Shown: positions 61,220 to 64,000 of the stretch, one piece after another
How positions within the stretch are numbered: the stretch's first letter is position 1
How the letters are laid out: each line of letters begins with the position of its first letter
NCBI GenBank assembly: GCA_958009085.1
Contig: OY253669.1
Location: 1,426,001-1,490,000, forward strand
Direction of reading: 5' to 3'
From: Protoeuglena noctilucae
Lineage: Eukaryota
DNA length: 64,000 nucleotides
Program-made: the position numbers and the translations under genes
Notes under the pieces: model-generated
Databases searched by the model: none
What the model was told of the DNA's origin: nothing
What the model saw: the letters and a program-made list of their open reading frames with translations, nothing else

Positions 61220-64000
61220 GCGCTCGATCTGGGCATCTTTGACGATATCGGCGTTGAGGGGATGCACGTGGACTCGCCGGGGCAGTTGCTCAGGTGGGGG
61301 GCCGCGGCGGTCGGGCGGGGACCCTTTCACTGGCCCGCACCGGCGACCATGTGCAGCTCGTCCCGCGCCCGCAGCGGGCTTCGCAGTGGAACCGGGATTG
61401 GTGATCAGGACCATGATGACTTCATGAAGGACATGTTCTCAACCGGCGCCGGTGAGCTGTGACGCGGACGGGGCTGCTAGCTCGATGAGCGCGCTGGTTT
61501 TCAGATGTGAGACTTTCCCGGGTTCCGGGCCACCGCGCAGAGGCAAACCGACCAGCGGGACAGCGGGCGGCCACAGTGGCTCAGCTCGGGACTGCGGAGC
61601 GCCCGCCCGGCCAGACGGCGGGGCTGGCGGCCGGCGGCCCGGTATCACGCATGCCGACCCTGGCTGAGGGGATCGAGGGCTCTCCCCGGCAGCAGCAGCA
61701 GGGCGACGGCATCCCGCCTCTCTCCGAGCCAGGCAGGCTGCATCTGCCGCCCACCCTGCAGGTAGGACCCCTTGAGTTGGCTTGCAGTGGGTCGTGCATG
61801 TCCCCCCGCACCGCTGATCTGCTGCCGATGGATCTCCTTGCTCATGCACACCCTCGCCCCTCGCGCTCCCTCTCAGGCCTTGCTGGACCCCTCCACCGTC
61901 AGCTCCCACGCTCCCCTCTCCCGCGCCCCCAAGCCTCGCCGCGCCATCCGCTCCTCGTCCCACTTCCGCGGCGTGACCCTCCACTGTCGCACCGGGCGCT
62001 TCGAGGCCCACGTCTGGCACATGGGCAAGCAGATATACCTCGGGGGCTTCGAGACCGAGGACGCCGCGGCCCTGGCGTACGACCTGGCTGCCATCAAGTT
62101 CAGGTGCGCAGGACGCATGTGTCGCATGGCCACACGCTACTCCGTGGCAGCGGCCGAGCAGCGCGATGTTGCATTGCACCAAGCGGCGTTTCCTCCTGCG
62201 CGCTTGCTATTTCTCAGTGCGTCGGCCCAGGCACATGCGCCGGCATCCTGCACCTCGCCTCCTAGGCTCCGCCATCGTCCCCGCCACGACCCTGACTTAC
62301 CCTGACCCTTCCATCTCCCCCACCAGGGGCCGCGAGGCCGTGACCAACTTCTCAATGGACAACTACGAGGGCGAGCTCGCCAACATCCAGGGCCTGACCA
62401 AGGACGAGCTGATCCTCAGCCTCCGGCGCCAGAGCAAGGGCTTCTCGCGTGGGTCCTCCAAGTACCGTGGGGTGACCAGGCACCAGAAGGGCAAGTGGGA
62501 GGCACGCATCGGGTCCCTTGTGGGCAAGAAGTACCACTACCTCGGTGAGAGTCGAGGGCTGAGCTGAGCTGCGAGGCATGCTGGTGTGAGGCGGCGACCG
62601 GCACAGCAAGGCGGTTCTGCCCCATGCCCGGCATCCCTTACAGTCCTGTGCATCGTGCTCAGTTCCTGGCTATTTGGTCATTCACATCCTCTCACCCAGG
62701 CCTGTTCAACACGGAGGTGGAGGCGGCGATTGCGTACGATCGGGAGGCCGTCAAGCAGCGGGGCATCCGTGCGCTGACCAACTTCGATCTTATGGAGTAC
62801 GCCGATCTGCTCAGCCAGCAGGCGAGGTCGCAGCTACGCAGGTTACGCAGCTTGGTGCGAGCTCGCCGGCTCTTGGTCATTCCGAGACACTCTGTGTATG
62901 ACAGTGATTCTATGAAGCTTGATCACAACACTGGATCTGTGATGTTGGACCTGTGAAGGTGTGTGACCCTGGCGGCGCGCAGGACGTGGCCGAGCTCGGG
63001 CGGCAGGGCGGTGGCAAGTACGCCCAGGTCGCGAGCAAGGCGGGGCAGGCCGCGGACGCCATGGTCAGCGTCCCGGTGCTCGACGCGGCCGACGGTACGT
63101 TACCCGTCCCGAGCCCTCAGAGGTGACTGCCACTCCACCCGCAACTTGCACCCATCTCGCTCCGTTCACTGCGGCTCAGCAGCGAGGCCGCGCTGGGAGC
63201 CTCTTATGGCTCAGAAGAGACCCCTGTAAAGCTCGTGTGCGTTGCCCGTTATATTCTTAGCTGACTTTGTGCCCCCCTTCGCGTTCTGGCACGCAGCGAG
63301 AGCCTGGCAGTGATCCTCGAGACGCGGTCGACCCCCTCCGTCAGCGGCACAGGCGACCGTCCCAGCAGCAGCGGCGGCCACCACCTGTCCTCCGGGAGCG
63401 TGGGCCTCGCCCACGGCGCGAGGCAGTCCCCCCACGGGTGAGCGATGTTGCTTTCTGAAACTGGGCTTGCAAGCGACCCGTCGTGCACCATGCCCTTTGC
63501 AGCAGCAGGGGTAGGGAGTCAGGCCTGTGCGTCTGCCGCATCGTTCATCTTCACGACGCTCATTTCTTTTGTCCGCTCCTCGGCTGCAGGGTCAGCCCCC
63601 GCGCCACCAAAGCGTCCCGGCACGAGCTGTTCGGCTTCACGCCGACGGCGCCCGACCTCCCGACCCTGGTCGTGCCTCCGCTGCGGTCCACGAGCCACGA
63701 GCTCCATGCCGACCACTGGGCCGGCATGCCGCACACCAGCCCGGCGCTGCTGGGGCCCCGGGGCTTCAGCTCGCGCGACCGCAGCCCCCCGCCCATGTCC
63801 ACGGGGCCCAACATCCTCCCGCCCCTGCCCCTCGTCATGGCCAGTGGCGTGCTGGGTGCCGACATGCCCTTCTCTTCGATGGCTGGAGGCATCGCCGGCT
63901 CGTCCCCGCTGAGCCACGTCCCGGCCCAGCCCAACTCTGTGCCAAGCCGCCTCATGTCGCGCATGCTCTCCATGCCCACCATCCAGGGCCACATCTCCGC
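61220..64000 (+). CDS. Double-AP2-domain transcription factor (AP2 subfamily); 5' end uncertain and 3' end beyond the window
   Basis: R1 [48 protein letters not shown]; linker [22 protein letters not shown]2 [33 protein letters not shown]. Confidence 0.93.

Overview
Eukaryotic nuclear DNA: very GC-rich (visually about 65-70%), gene-dense, with many short spliceosomal introns of roughly 80-200 nt. Plastid-type genes (NDPK, class I aldolase, MurA), a double-AP2 transcription factor and a centriole/cilium FAM161-family gene point to a flagellated green alga. This is an inference; a pedinophyte-like genome is a guess. I can trace about 16 intron-containing genes, many in head-to-head pairs: a catalytically degenerate APX-like peroxidase, an ankyrin protein, a ~12.5 kb FAM161/UPF0564 gene, NDK, a hypothetical plastid protein, FBA, a DPBB/BTB-like/cytochrome b5 protein, MurA, a small type I membrane protein, a multi-TM protein, an RCC1-like surface glycoprotein, MnmA/TRMU, TcdA/TCD, DNA polymerase alpha, SPRTN, MAEA and AP2. 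Main highlights: (1) the FAM161 gene ends in four one-exon-per-unit copies of a Cys/Trp/His module I do not recognise; (2) GC-AG introns are far more common than usual, and aldolase has an apparent GA-AG intron; (3) the Pol alpha C-terminal domain appears to lack all eight metal-binding Cys; (4) there is an intron-containing nuclear murA with a ~130-aa insertion; (5) two tRNA anticodon-loop enzymes sit head-to-head; (6) SPRTN carries a Wss1-like SIM/VIM tail. I saw no rRNA, tRNA, CRISPR array or mobile element. All gene models were spliced by eye, without expression data or database searches.
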